Below, piece by piece: positions 55,175 through 63,387 of a stretch of 64,000 nucleotides of DNA; the first letter of the stretch is position 1, and every line of letters starts with the position of its first letter. The notes beneath the pieces are model-generated. The model worked only from the letters and a program-made list of their open reading frames with translations. It was not told where the DNA came from and ran no database searches. The translations under genes were made by a program, and so were the position numbers. Origin of the DNA: an uncultured Chloroflexia bacterium (lineage in GTDB: Bacteria; Chloroflexota; Limnocylindria; QHBO01); the NCBI GenBank assembly GCA_963844415.1, contig CAWJOA010000005.1:412876-476875 (forward strand), given 5' to 3'.

Positions 55175-55621
55175 TCATGGCATCTCGAGGCGGAAGTATC
55201 GGCCCTGGCTGAGGATGTGGCGGCGAGCAGCCCGATAGATCAGGTTGCCCGGGAACGGCTGCTGCTCGGCGGTTGCCAGGATGACGGCCGTGCGTTCAGG
55301 TCCGTCATCCAGCGCGATCGCAGTGACCTCGAACGTCTCCTCTGAGCGCGGTGCGATGCTCGCCTGACCGGCCTCGCGCAGGTTCGCCGTCCATCCGACC
55401 TCGCCGTTCGGATGGCCGACGTACCAGTTGCCGTCGACCCGGAGCAGGCCCACCAGCACGCTTCGCGGGCGGCCGGTCCGACGGCCGCGCACGGTCAGCT
55501 TCGCGGTGATCCCGATGCCGACGCTGAACCACGCCCAGCGGATGAGCGGGTCGAGCAGCCGAAGGACCGCGTACTCGATGCGGAGGGCGACGGTCCAGGC
55601 AGCCGATCGGCGCGGGGTCAT
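55175..55621 (-). CDS. Deazaflavin-dependent nitroreductase-family (Ddn-like) oxidoreductase
   Basis: Track ORF. LTVRGRRTGRPRSVLVGLLRVDGNWYVGHPNGEVGWTANLREAG fits the split beta-barrel Ddn pattern. Confidence 0.55.
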   Translation of the reverse strand: MTPRRSAAWTVALRIEYAVLRLLDPLIRWAWFSVGIGITAKLTVRGRRTGRPRSVLVGLLRVDGNWYVGHPNGEVGWTANLREAGQASIAPRSEETFEVTAIALDDGPERTAVILATAEQQPFPGNLIYRAARRHILSQGRYFRLEMP

Positions 55622-55658
55622 CGGTCAATGATGGCGCGCCAGTGCGACACTTCCGCGG

Positions 55659-57404
55659 ATGCGCGCTGCACCGCCGACGACGTCCTCGCGTCAATTGACA
55701 CGATTCGTCCCGATCCTCGAGTGGTCGAGAAGCTACGACCGCCGATGGCTCCGCGGCGACCTCATCGCCGGTGTCGCTGTCGCGGCGATGATCGTGCCCA
55801 AGAACCTCGGCTACGCGGGCATCGCAGGGATCCCCGTCGAGAACGGGCTGTATGCGGCAGCGGCGGCAGCGATCATCTACAGCCTCTTCTGCACATCTCG
55901 ACACATCTCGACCGGCCCGAGCTCGTCGCTCGCGGCCGTCGCCGGCGGCGCGGTCATCTTGACGGGCCTCAGTGGCAACGAGGCGGCACAGATGGTCGCG
56001 GCCATCGCCGTCGTGACCGGCGCGCTGTTCCTCCTGGTCGCCGTCCTCAGGCTCGGCTGGCTGGCGAGCTTCCTCTCGCTGGCGGTCGTGACCGGATTCC
56101 TCGCCGGCGCCGCGATCGACGTCGTCATCGGCGAGCTGCCAAAGCTCACCGGAACATCCGCCGACGGCGTGAATGCGTGGCAGGAGCTCGCGTCGTGGTT
56201 CCGTGGGCTGGGCGACCTCAGCCTGGCGACGTTGCTGGTCGGCCTGGTTGCCCTTGCGGTCATCCTCGGGCTTCGATTTGCGTATCCGAGGATGCCGGGT
56301 GCGCTCGTGCTCGTGGTCGGCGGCCTGATCGGCTCGGTCGTCCTCGACCTCGGAGCGCAGGGAGTCGCGCTGGTGGGCCCCGTCCCACGCGGGCTGCCGC
56401 TTCCGCAGCTGCCATCGCTCGAGGTCGTGTCGCAGAACCTCCCGACGATCGTCATCTCGTCATTCGCGCTCCTGCTCATCGGGTTCTCCCAGACTGCGGG
56501 TGATGCCCAGGCATTCGCGACGAAGCATCGGTATCGCATCGACCTCAACCAGGAGTCGGTGGCACAGGGAATGGCAAACGTCGGCGCCGGCGTCTTCCAG
56601 GGAATGCCCGTGTCCACCAGCCTCTCGGCGAGCTCGCTGAACGAGTCCGCAGGGGCGAGGACGCCGGTCGCCTCGCTCGCAACCGGAGGGATCGTCGTCG
56701 CGACGCTGATCCTCCTCGCGCCGCTCTTCTCCGAGCTGCCCAAGGCGGTCCTGGGCGCGATCATCATCGACGCGGTCGTCTTCGGGATGATCAACCTCGC
56801 GGAGTTCGGACGGCTTCGGCGGGTGAAGCCGTTCGATTTCTGGATCGCGATCGCCGCAGTCATCGGCGTGCTGTCGGTGGGGGTGCTGCTCGGCGTCGTC
56901 GTCGGCATCGCGCTGTCCCTGCTGTGGCTCATCAACGTCGCGACCCGACCGTCCATGCCGATCCTGGGGCGTGAGCCCGGCACGCACGTGTACCGCGATC
57001 TCGACGAGCACCCGGACGGCGAGACCTATCCGGGGGTGGCGGTGATCCGGATCGATGGTGGCGTGTTCTTCGCGACGGCTGCGGCCCTGGACGAGCGCGT
57101 GCGCGCGATCCTCGGGAGCCAGCCCGACCTGCACTCACTCGTGCTGGACCTCGAGGGCGTGAACTTCGTCGACTCGCAAGGCGCAGCGAAGCTGAGCGAC
57201 CTCCATGAGCTGACCGAGACGAACGCGATCGAGCTGCGCCTCGCCCGGGTGAAGCCCGACGTGTCAAGGGTGCTGGCGGCCGATGGGCTCATCGACCGGA
57301 TCGGGCGCGAGCGGATCCACGGCAACGTCCACCGGGCGGTCGAGGCGGCGAAGAGAGCAGATGCTCGAAGACAGGAGGAGGCAGCAACGCCGCCCACACC
57401 GTAG
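55659..57404 (+). CDS. SulP family anion permease with C-terminal STAS domain
   Basis: Track ORF. Motifs RGDLIAGVAVAAMIVPKNLGYAGIAG and LVLDLEGVNFVDSQGAAKL. Confidence 0.9.
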   Translation: MRAAPPTTSSRQLTRFVPILEWSRSYDRRWLRGDLIAGVAVAAMIVPKNLGYAGIAGIPVENGLYAAAAAAIIYSLFCTSRHISTGPSSSLAAVAGGAVILTGLSGNEAAQMVAAIAVVTGALFLLVAVLRLGWLASFLSLAVVTGFLAGAAIDVVIGELPKLTGTSADGVNAWQELASWFRGLGDLSLATLLVGLVALAVILGLRFAYPRMPGALVLVVGGLIGSVVLDLGAQGVALVGPVPRGLPLPQLPSLEVVSQNLPTIVISSFALLLIGFSQTAGDAQAFATKHRYRIDLNQESVAQGMANVGAGVFQGMPVSTSLSASSLNESAGARTPVASLATGGIVVATLILLAPLFSELPKAVLGAIIIDAVVFGMINLAEFGRLRRVKPFDFWIAIAAVIGVLSVGVLLGVVVGIALSLLWLINVATRPSMPILGREPGTHVYRDLDEHPDGETYPGVAVIRIDGGVFFATAAALDERVRAILGSQPDLHSLVLDLEGVNFVDSQGAAKLSDLHELTETNAIELRLARVKPDVSRVLAADGLIDRIGRERIHGNVHRAVEAAKRADARRQEEAATPPTP

Positions 57405-57413
57405 CCGCAGTGC

Positions 57414-57490
57414 TGGCGCGCCCGGAGGGATTCGAACCCCCGACCTGCTGATCCGAAGTCAGCTGCTCTGATCCACTGAGCTACGGGCGC
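57414..57490 (-). tRNA. tRNA-Arg (anticodon TCG), CCA encoded
   Basis: GCGCCCG ta GCTC agtggatca GAGC a GCTGA ctTCGga TCAGC aggtc GGGGG ttcgaat CCCTC CGGGCGC g cca. All four stems pair. Confidence 0.9.
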
Positions 57491-57590
57491 ACTATTCACG
57501 CTCAAACTGAGCGGAAAACTCGTTCTGCATTGTGCCACAGCGCTCAGTGCAGGCCACGGGGTCATGAGGGGGCGCTAGACCAGATTGGTG

Positions 57591-58697
57591 CTAGGCACCT
57601 GGTCCTTCTACCCGAGCACGCTGCGCCTGTAGGGCTGCTTCGCGCTCATGGTGGCGAGTGATTTCGTGGGGGTCCGCGCCCGAGTGCTCGCATGGGTTGA
57701 CGTGGATGATCGCCATGTCAAGCCGGGATATCTCGTGAAGCAGACGGTGACGTACCTCCTCCGAAACCCGGTGGCCATCCGCGACAGTGAGATCGCGATC
57801 GACGGTGATCGCGAGCGTTGCCTCGAGACCATGGCCGAGCCACCGCACGCGGAGACGCTCCACGTCCTGGACCTCCGGCACCGACGCCGCAACCGCCTCC
57901 ACCTGCTGAACGATCTCCGGCTCGACGGCGTCCATGAGCCGGGCGACAACATGGCCCGCGGCCTGGCGCAGGACAAACAGAATGACGACCGTGATGAGCA
58001 GCCCGACGAGTGGGTCGGCAAGCGGGTAGCCCGCCGCGACGCCGATGGCTCCAGCAACGACTGCCAGCGATGTAAGCCCGTCGGTCCGGGCGTGGTGGCC
58101 ATCCGCCACGAGGGCGGCCGACCCGATCGAGCGTCCCACCCGTATCCGGTACAGGGCGACCGCCTCATTGCCCACGAACCCGATCACACCCGCGACCATG
58201 ACGATCGGAAGATTCGCGACCGGCTGCGGATCGATGAGGCGATGAATCGATTCGTATGCGGCGAGGCCCGCTGACGCGGCGATCATGAGCAGGATGAACA
58301 GGCCCGCCAGGTCCTCCGCACGCCGATAGCCGAAGGTGTAGCGTCTGGTGGCCGCCCGGCTGCCGAGGGCGAACGCGATCCACAAGGGTACCGAGGTCAA
58401 CGCATCGCTGAAGTTGTGGACCGTGTCCGCGAAGAGGGCCACCGACCCCGAAATCAGGACTACCCCGAGTTGGGCGAGGGCGGTGACTCCGAGGACCGCC
58501 AGCGACACCTTGACTGCCCGGATGCCGCGAGCGTCGGAGGTCAGCGCATCGTCGACCGAGTCGGACGGGTCGTGGGAATGCCCAAGGATGCCCGCAAGGA
58601 AGCCACGCACGCCAGCATGGCGGCGGATGTGGTCGGCGTTATGAGCGTGGCCGTGGCCGTGCTCGTCAGGGACAGCGTCGCGCAGCTCATCGGACAC
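57591..58697 (-). CDS. Cation diffusion facilitator (CzcD/ZitB-like) with His-rich N-terminus
   Basis: Track ORF. Motifs DEHGHGHAHNADH, ALFADTVHNFSDALTS, HHARTDGLTSL. TACACT-N6-GTG precedes the start. Confidence 0.9.
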   Translation of the reverse strand: MSDELRDAVPDEHGHGHAHNADHIRRHAGVRGFLAGILGHSHDPSDSVDDALTSDARGIRAVKVSLAVLGVTALAQLGVVLISGSVALFADTVHNFSDALTSVPLWIAFALGSRAATRRYTFGYRRAEDLAGLFILLMIAASAGLAAYESIHRLIDPQPVANLPIVMVAGVIGFVGNEAVALYRIRVGRSIGSAALVADGHHARTDGLTSLAVVAGAIGVAAGYPLADPLVGLLITVVILFVLRQAAGHVVARLMDAVEPEIVQQVEAVAASVPEVQDVERLRVRWLGHGLEATLAITVDRDLTVADGHRVSEEVRHRLLHEISRLDMAIIHVNPCEHSGADPHEITRHHEREAALQAQRARVEGPGA

Positions 58698-58822
58698 GGA
58701 GCAAGTGTAGGCCGCCTGTGTGCCGCTTCCTCATTTCGAATCTGGCGCGTCGGATCGGTACGGTGCGGTTGAGGCTTGCCCAACCGCCAATGCGAACGGC
58801 GCGACGTGGTCCTGTGCGGAAC

Positions 58823-60039
58823 CTATCGAAGAAGGACGATACCCAGGGCGCCGGCTCCCAAGATGACGACCGGAACCGCCGCGCCTGCCCGCCAGAGGTA
58901 GAGGGCCGCAAGCGCCAATCCGAAGATCAGCACCGTTAGCAGGCTCGTCAGAGCGGCCATCCCGAGTTGCAGGGTGGTGGCGGCAACCAGGCCAATGACT
59001 GCGGCCGTAATGCCATCGAGGATGGCGTGTAGGCGGTGGTTGTTGACCATCCGCTCCAAGAGGCCGTGCCCGAGCAAGGTGATAGCAAAGGCAGGCACGA
59101 ACATCCCGACAGTGATTGCCGTTGCGCCGACGATGCCGCCGCCGACGAAGCCGACGAACGTCGCGAAGATGACCAGTGGCGCCGGGATGATGCCTGCGAG
59201 GGCCAGGCCATCGAGAAACTGATCGTCGCCCATCCAGCCATCCGACCCGACCGCATCGTTCCGGACGAAGGGGATCGAGGTATAGGCGCCGCCGAACGTC
59301 AGTGCCCCGCCCTTGAGGCCGGTGACGAATAGCTGGCCGGGAGTCACCTCCGCGCCTGAACTGGCAGGCAGTTCTGCTCGGTTGGAAAAGCCGAGGTCGG
59401 CAACGATCACGAACACGATCGCCACGGCTAGAAGCACCAGCGGAACACCAGCCACTCGCGAGTGGCCGCGCTCATCCAGCAGGAAGACGAGCCCACCGAC
59501 CGTGAGCGGAATCACAAAGGGCAGGCCCGCCAAGCCAGCCCCGGCCGCCAACCCCGCCACCACAAATGAGACTGGGCTCCCCAGAACTCGCTCGCCGATG
59601 CGGTGGAAGCCGCGCAGGACAAGAGCGACCACCGCGGCTTGGCAACCGGCGAAGGCCGCCGCGACGATCGGGGACTCGAGACCCGCCTCGACGTAGAGCC
59701 ACGACAACGTCAGCATCAGCATGAAGCCCGGCAGCATGAAGCCGAGCCCGGCGAGCAGTCCGCCGATGCGTCCACGGGCGACCATGCCGAAGAAACCGCC
59801 AGCTCCTGCGCCTCTGGACCGGGGAGTACTTGGTAGACCGCCAACGTGCGGTTGAATCTCGCTGACGAGATCCACTCTTGCTGGTCGACCAAACCGGTCC
59901 GGAGCATGCCGATCTGCGCGACCGGACCACCCCAAGCCAGTATCCCGAACCGCAGAAAGCGCACAAATAACGAGGCAAGCGACTGATGGGGTGGACCTGC
60001 TTCGTTCTGCCCGCGGTCGGCATGGGGGGCGATGCTCAC
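58823..60039 (-). CDS. chrA: Chromate transporter family protein, frame broken once
   Basis: The N-terminus is track ORF 59716..60039 (FLRFGILAWGGPVAQIGMLR...VLPGPEAQELA). The rest is ORF 58823..59935 (FFGMVARGRIGGLLAGLGFMLPGF...). The break is near 59785-59800. TAACCT-N7-GTG precedes the start. Confidence 0.8.
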
Positions 60040-60201
60040 GCCGCCTAGGTTACGGTGAGCGTCTGGCTTGGCTCCCGCCTAACCGGGAACCGTCAGGCCG
60101 TTGCGGATGCGGGCCGCCTAGCAAAGCCAGAAGAGAGCAGATAACTCGACACGTTTCGCTCCCCCATCCACGCTTGGGCTACAGCGCATCGGCCGGGATA
60201 G

Positions 60202-60304
60202 TCCGAAGTCAGCTGCTCTGATCCACTGAGCTACGGGCGCCGATTCACGCTCAAACAGAGCGGATAACTCGTCCCTGCATTGTGCCACAGCGCTTACTCA
60301 GTGC
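60202..60304 (-). repeat. Truncated tRNA-Arg (positions 1-38 only) plus upstream flank; direct repeat of 57452-57550
   Basis: 39 of 39 nt are identical to the tRNA 5' half, up to the 3' edge of the anticodon loop. The following ~60 nt match roughly 90%, with a 4-nt indel. Confidence 0.8.
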
Positions 60305-60361
60305 CTGAGCGTGCGGAGAGAGGCGGCAGAGCTGCCGCGATCGGGTCTGCCCTCCGAAGCT

Positions 60362-60385
60362 TCACACTAACCACTGTTAGTGTGA
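60362..60385. promoter_or_regulatory. Perfect 10-bp inverted repeat (hairpin or operator)
   Basis: TCACACTAAC-cact-GTTAGTGTGA. Confidence 0.4.
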
Positions 60386-60525
60386 TCACGCTTTAGGGCA
60401 TCCTGGATCGGTCTACTGGCGGGACGCGGCGCGGGTGCAGCGAAAATACCTGGCGGCTTCCGCTCGAGGGCAGCCTCACGCCACGGGTCTCCTGTGCTCG
60501 GGAGCCGAGGAGTTAGAGTTAGAGA

Positions 60526-60574
60526 AGAGCCGCCGGGTCAACTGTGTTCCCCCCACAGTGTGTCCGGCGGCTCT
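60526..60574 (-). terminator. Long imperfect hairpin downstream of the tetR-ABC operon
   Basis: AGAGCCGCCGG gtca ACTGTG ttcccc CACAGT gtgt CCGGCGGCTCT. On the minus strand it is followed by CTCTTCTCTAACTCT. Confidence 0.4.
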
Positions 60575-60604
60575 GGTGTACCGATTGCACCGAGCGTGCC
60601 ATCC

Positions 60605-60638
60605 GAAATCGCCGCTATCCCAACGCACCGGTCTCCCC
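60605..60638 (+). repeat. Dispersed repeat, left-half copy E
   Basis: gaaatcgccgctatcccaacgcaccggtctcccc, 16 nt beyond the stop of the ABC-2 permease gene. Confidence 0.55.
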
Positions 60639-60653
60639 ACAAGGCGCGCCCGG

Positions 60654-61443
60654 TCATTCGGACTGATCCGCACGCTCCCACCAGGCGACGGTCCCCGCCA
60701 GGCCGATGCCCGCGGCCACCAGGACGACGACCACGCCGCCGATCGTGACCGGCTCGACCTCCGAGCCGCCTGCTCCAGCAAGGATGGCCGGTACCGACCA
60801 CGGGAACCAGGCGCCCCAGCCCAGCACCGCCAGGATCTGGGCCAGCGCAACGGTGAGCACGGCGAACGCCCAATGGCGCGATGTAGCCGCGTCCGATGCC
60901 GGCGACGAGGGCGGTGCCGGTCTGGAGCGCGACGGTGAGGGCGGCGGCGAGGCCGATCGAGCCCAGCGCGCGGAGCGCGTCGTCGAACGACCAGCCGGGC
61001 AAGCCGACGACCGCGCCGATGGCCATGCCGACGGCCAGGACCCATGCGGAGATGGCGATGCCCCAGCCGGCGACGACGATCGCCTTCGCCAGCACGACCG
61101 CCCGGCGAGACGTCGGGATCGCCAGCAGGTCGCGAATCGTGCGGTCGGCGAACTCGCGACCGAAGATCCAGGCCGTGAGGAAGGCGAACAGGACCGCGCC
61201 GCCGATGGCGACCGCCTGCCCGAGCATGTTGAGAAACGTCGGCCAATCGGCGGTGCCGGCCGTGAGTGCTGCCTTGGTGCCGATCAGGCCGAGTGAGCGC
61301 GCCGCTTCAGGGTCCTTGAGGATCACCATGAACAGGCCACTCACGAGCGGCGCCAGGGTGAACGCGATGGCTACCAGCCATGGGACCCGTGAGCGCCGCG
61401 CCTTCAGCAGCTCGACGCCGAGAGCGGTGGGCAGCTGCGTCAT
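60654..61443 (-). CDS. ABC-2 type transporter permease, frame broken once
   Basis: The N-terminal ~190 aa are in track ORF 60538..61443. The C-terminus AVLTVALAQILAVLGWGAWFPWSVPAIL...WWERADQSE is in ORF 60654..60860. The break is near 60865-60875. Confidence 0.7.
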
Positions 61444-62384
61444 GCCGCAACCCTCGCATCGACCGCGCTGGTGAGACGGACGAAGTGCTCCTCGAGCGAC
61501 TCGCGCGCGATCGCGAGGTGCAGTGGCGGCACTCCGGCTGCGACCAGCAGGCTGGCGATCTCATCCGGGGCGTCGAGCGCGCGCGGATCGCGCAGCTCGA
61601 GCCGCACATTGCCCGTTGGGCCGGCGTGCGTTGGCGACAGGCCCGCGTTGCGTAGCGCGCGCTCCGCGGCGTCCAGGTCACGTGCCGCGATCTCGAGCCG
61701 CCGGTCGGCCTGCTCCTCGAGCGCCTCCGCGTCGAGCTCCTCGACCAGCCGCCCGCGATGGACGATCCCGATGCGGGTCGCCAGCCGCTCGACCTCGGCC
61801 AGGATGTGGCTCGACATGAAGACCGTCGCACCACGTTCCCTGGCCAGACGACGGATGAGCTCGCGGATCTCGATGACGCCCGCCGGGTCGAGGCCGTTGG
61901 CCGGCTCGTCAAGGAGGAGCAGCTCCGGCTCGGCAATGAGCGCCCGTCCCAGCGCCAAGCGCTGGAGGTTTCCGAGCGAGAGGGTGGCGGCCCGCCGCCG
62001 GTCGTAGGGCTCGAGCGCGAGCTCGTTGATCATGGCGTCGACCCTTCCCCGATCGGCGACGCCTGCCAGCCGCCGGGCGACTTCGAGGTTCTCGCGCACG
62101 GTCAGCTCGGGGTAGGCGGTCGCGCTCTCCACCAGGTGGCCGACGCGGCGCCACAGGTGAGTCGCGTCGGCGCGCACCGGCTCGCCCAACAGCTCAGCGT
62201 GACCGGCCGTCGGGCGAATCATGCCGAGCAGCATGCGGATGGTGGTCGACTTGCCCGCGCCGTTCAGGCCCAGGAAGGCGTAGATCTCGCCCCGCGCCAC
62301 CCGCAGGTCGAGCTGATCGACCGCGAGGACGCCGCCCCGATAGACCTTCGTCAAGCCGTTGGTTGCAACGGCCAGCTCAGACAT
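61440..62384 (-). CDS. ABC transporter ATP-binding protein
   Basis: ATG 62384 inside track ORF 61440..62453. Motifs GLNGAGKSTT, LSLGNLQRL, LLLDEPANGLD. Confidence 0.9.
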   Translation of the reverse strand: MSELAVATNGLTKVYRGGVLAVDQLDLRVARGEIYAFLGLNGAGKSTTIRMLLGMIRPTAGHAELLGEPVRADATHLWRRVGHLVESATAYPELTVRENLEVARRLAGVADRGRVDAMINELALEPYDRRRAATLSLGNLQRLALGRALIAEPELLLLDEPANGLDPAGVIEIRELIRRLARERGATVFMSSHILAEVERLATRIGIVHRGRLVEELDAEALEEQADRRLEIAARDLDAAERALRNAGLSPTHAGPTGNVRLELRDPRALDAPDEIASLLVAAGVPPLHLAIARESLEEHFVRLTSAVDARVAA

Positions 62385-63042
62385 GGGGCAGCTGCCCGTC
62401 GTAGCCCAGGCCGCGCAGCACAAAGGCGTTGAGCTCTCTGGTGACGGCGGCAACCTCGGTGGGGTCGCTCACCACATCGTGGAGCGAGGAGAAGCACGCG
62501 AAGACATAGGCGGCGGCGCGTACCGGATCGATGGCTCGAAACATCCCGGAATCGACGCCCTCGGCGACGATCGCCGAGACGAGGGGGGCCAGTGCGCGGA
62601 ATGTGTGTTCCGAGATCCGGTCATGAATCGCTCGGTTCTCCGGGCGATGGAAGATCTCGATGAGGTCGCGTTCGTACGAATTGCCGCCAACTTGCCCGAT
62701 CGCGGCCGCAAAGGCCAACAACCGCTCGACCGGTGACTGGTCCGGCTTCGACGCCGTCCCCTGAATCCGGTCCGCGACCTCGAGCACCATCGCTTCCGCG
62801 ACCGCCGTTACGACCGCGTCTTTCGTCGCGAAATAGAGGTAGAACGTGCCCTTCGCAACCCCGGCCGCACGGACGATGTCATCAACCGACGCCGCGGCCA
62901 CCCCTTGCTGCATGAAGACCGATGCGGCCGACTTGACGAGCTGCTCGCGCCGAGCCTCCTTACGCTTGGCTCGCTGCGTGGTGGCGATCGGCCTGGCGTC
63001 TTCCTCTCCGGTCGCTCTTCGCATTGGCATTCGCCTTTCCAT
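62377..63042 (-). CDS. TetR family transcriptional regulator
   Basis: Track ORF. The HTH is ASVDDIVRAAGVAKGTFYLYFATKD. An alternative start at ATG 63030 follows GGAAAGG. Confidence 0.85.
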   Translation of the reverse strand: MERRMPMRRATGEEDARPIATTQRAKRKEARREQLVKSAASVFMQQGVAAASVDDIVRAAGVAKGTFYLYFATKDAVVTAVAEAMVLEVADRIQGTASKPDQSPVERLLAFAAAIGQVGGNSYERDLIEIFHRPENRAIHDRISEHTFRALAPLVSAIVAEGVDSGMFRAIDPVRAAAYVFACFSSLHDVVSDPTEVAAVTRELNAFVLRGLGYDGQLPHV

Positions 63043-63056
63043 GCAATCCGCCGCAC

Positions 63057-63073
63057 TGACTGACGGTCAGTCA
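63057..63073. promoter_or_regulatory. Palindromic candidate TetR operator
   Basis: TGACTGAC-g-GTCAGTCA, 15 nt upstream of the tetR ORF. Confidence 0.5.
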
Positions 63074-63205
63074 CCATATCACGGAAGCGGCTATGGACGG
63101 GCTCCTACATCGCGCCGTCCGACGCGGTAGGCTGCGTCACTTTCGCCGCCACAACGGCTAATCGCGGACGTCCCGATCGGCAGACTGTTGCTCGCATCTC
63201 GGCGG

Positions 63206-63305
63206 TACACTGGGGCTGGCTCACCGCATGAGCCGGGCGCGGCGTCAAGCCCTTACCCCGACGCCGAAGGTGGAGACTGCGCATGGCGCAGTCTCCGTTT
63301 GTCTT
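63206..63305 (+). ncRNA. Candidate small RNA or 5' leader: three hairpins, the last an intrinsic terminator
   Basis: TACACT at 63206-63211. Hairpins: GGCTCA/TGAGCC (63218-63234); GGCGTC/GACGCC (63241-63265) with loop aagcccttacccc; GGAGACTGCGC-atg-GCGCAGTCTCC (63272-63296) followed by GTTTGTCTT. Confidence 0.4.
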
Positions 63306-63387
63306 ATACGGAGATGCCGATGGCCGAGCGGACGCCTCGGCCTGGAGCTGGCGTAAGGCGTCTCATCGAACCGGGTGGTGCAGGAAG

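Larger units (their letters stand above)
57452..60201. mobile_element. Putative tRNA-associated islet (CDF + ChrA cargo) delimited by direct repeats; no recombinase present
   Basis: Bounded by direct repeats 57452-57550 and 60202-60304 (tRNA 5' half plus upstream flank). Confidence 0.3.

Noticed and set aside
60202-60240. A second tRNA-Arg gene
   Set aside because: Only positions 1-38 are present. The sequence on the 3' side has no anticodon-stem, T-arm or acceptor complement.
63206-63305. Assigning the candidate sRNA to the actinobacterial 6C RNA family
   Set aside because: Only one C-rich loop is present and I cannot verify the consensus without a covariance-model search. It is kept as an unnamed candidate.
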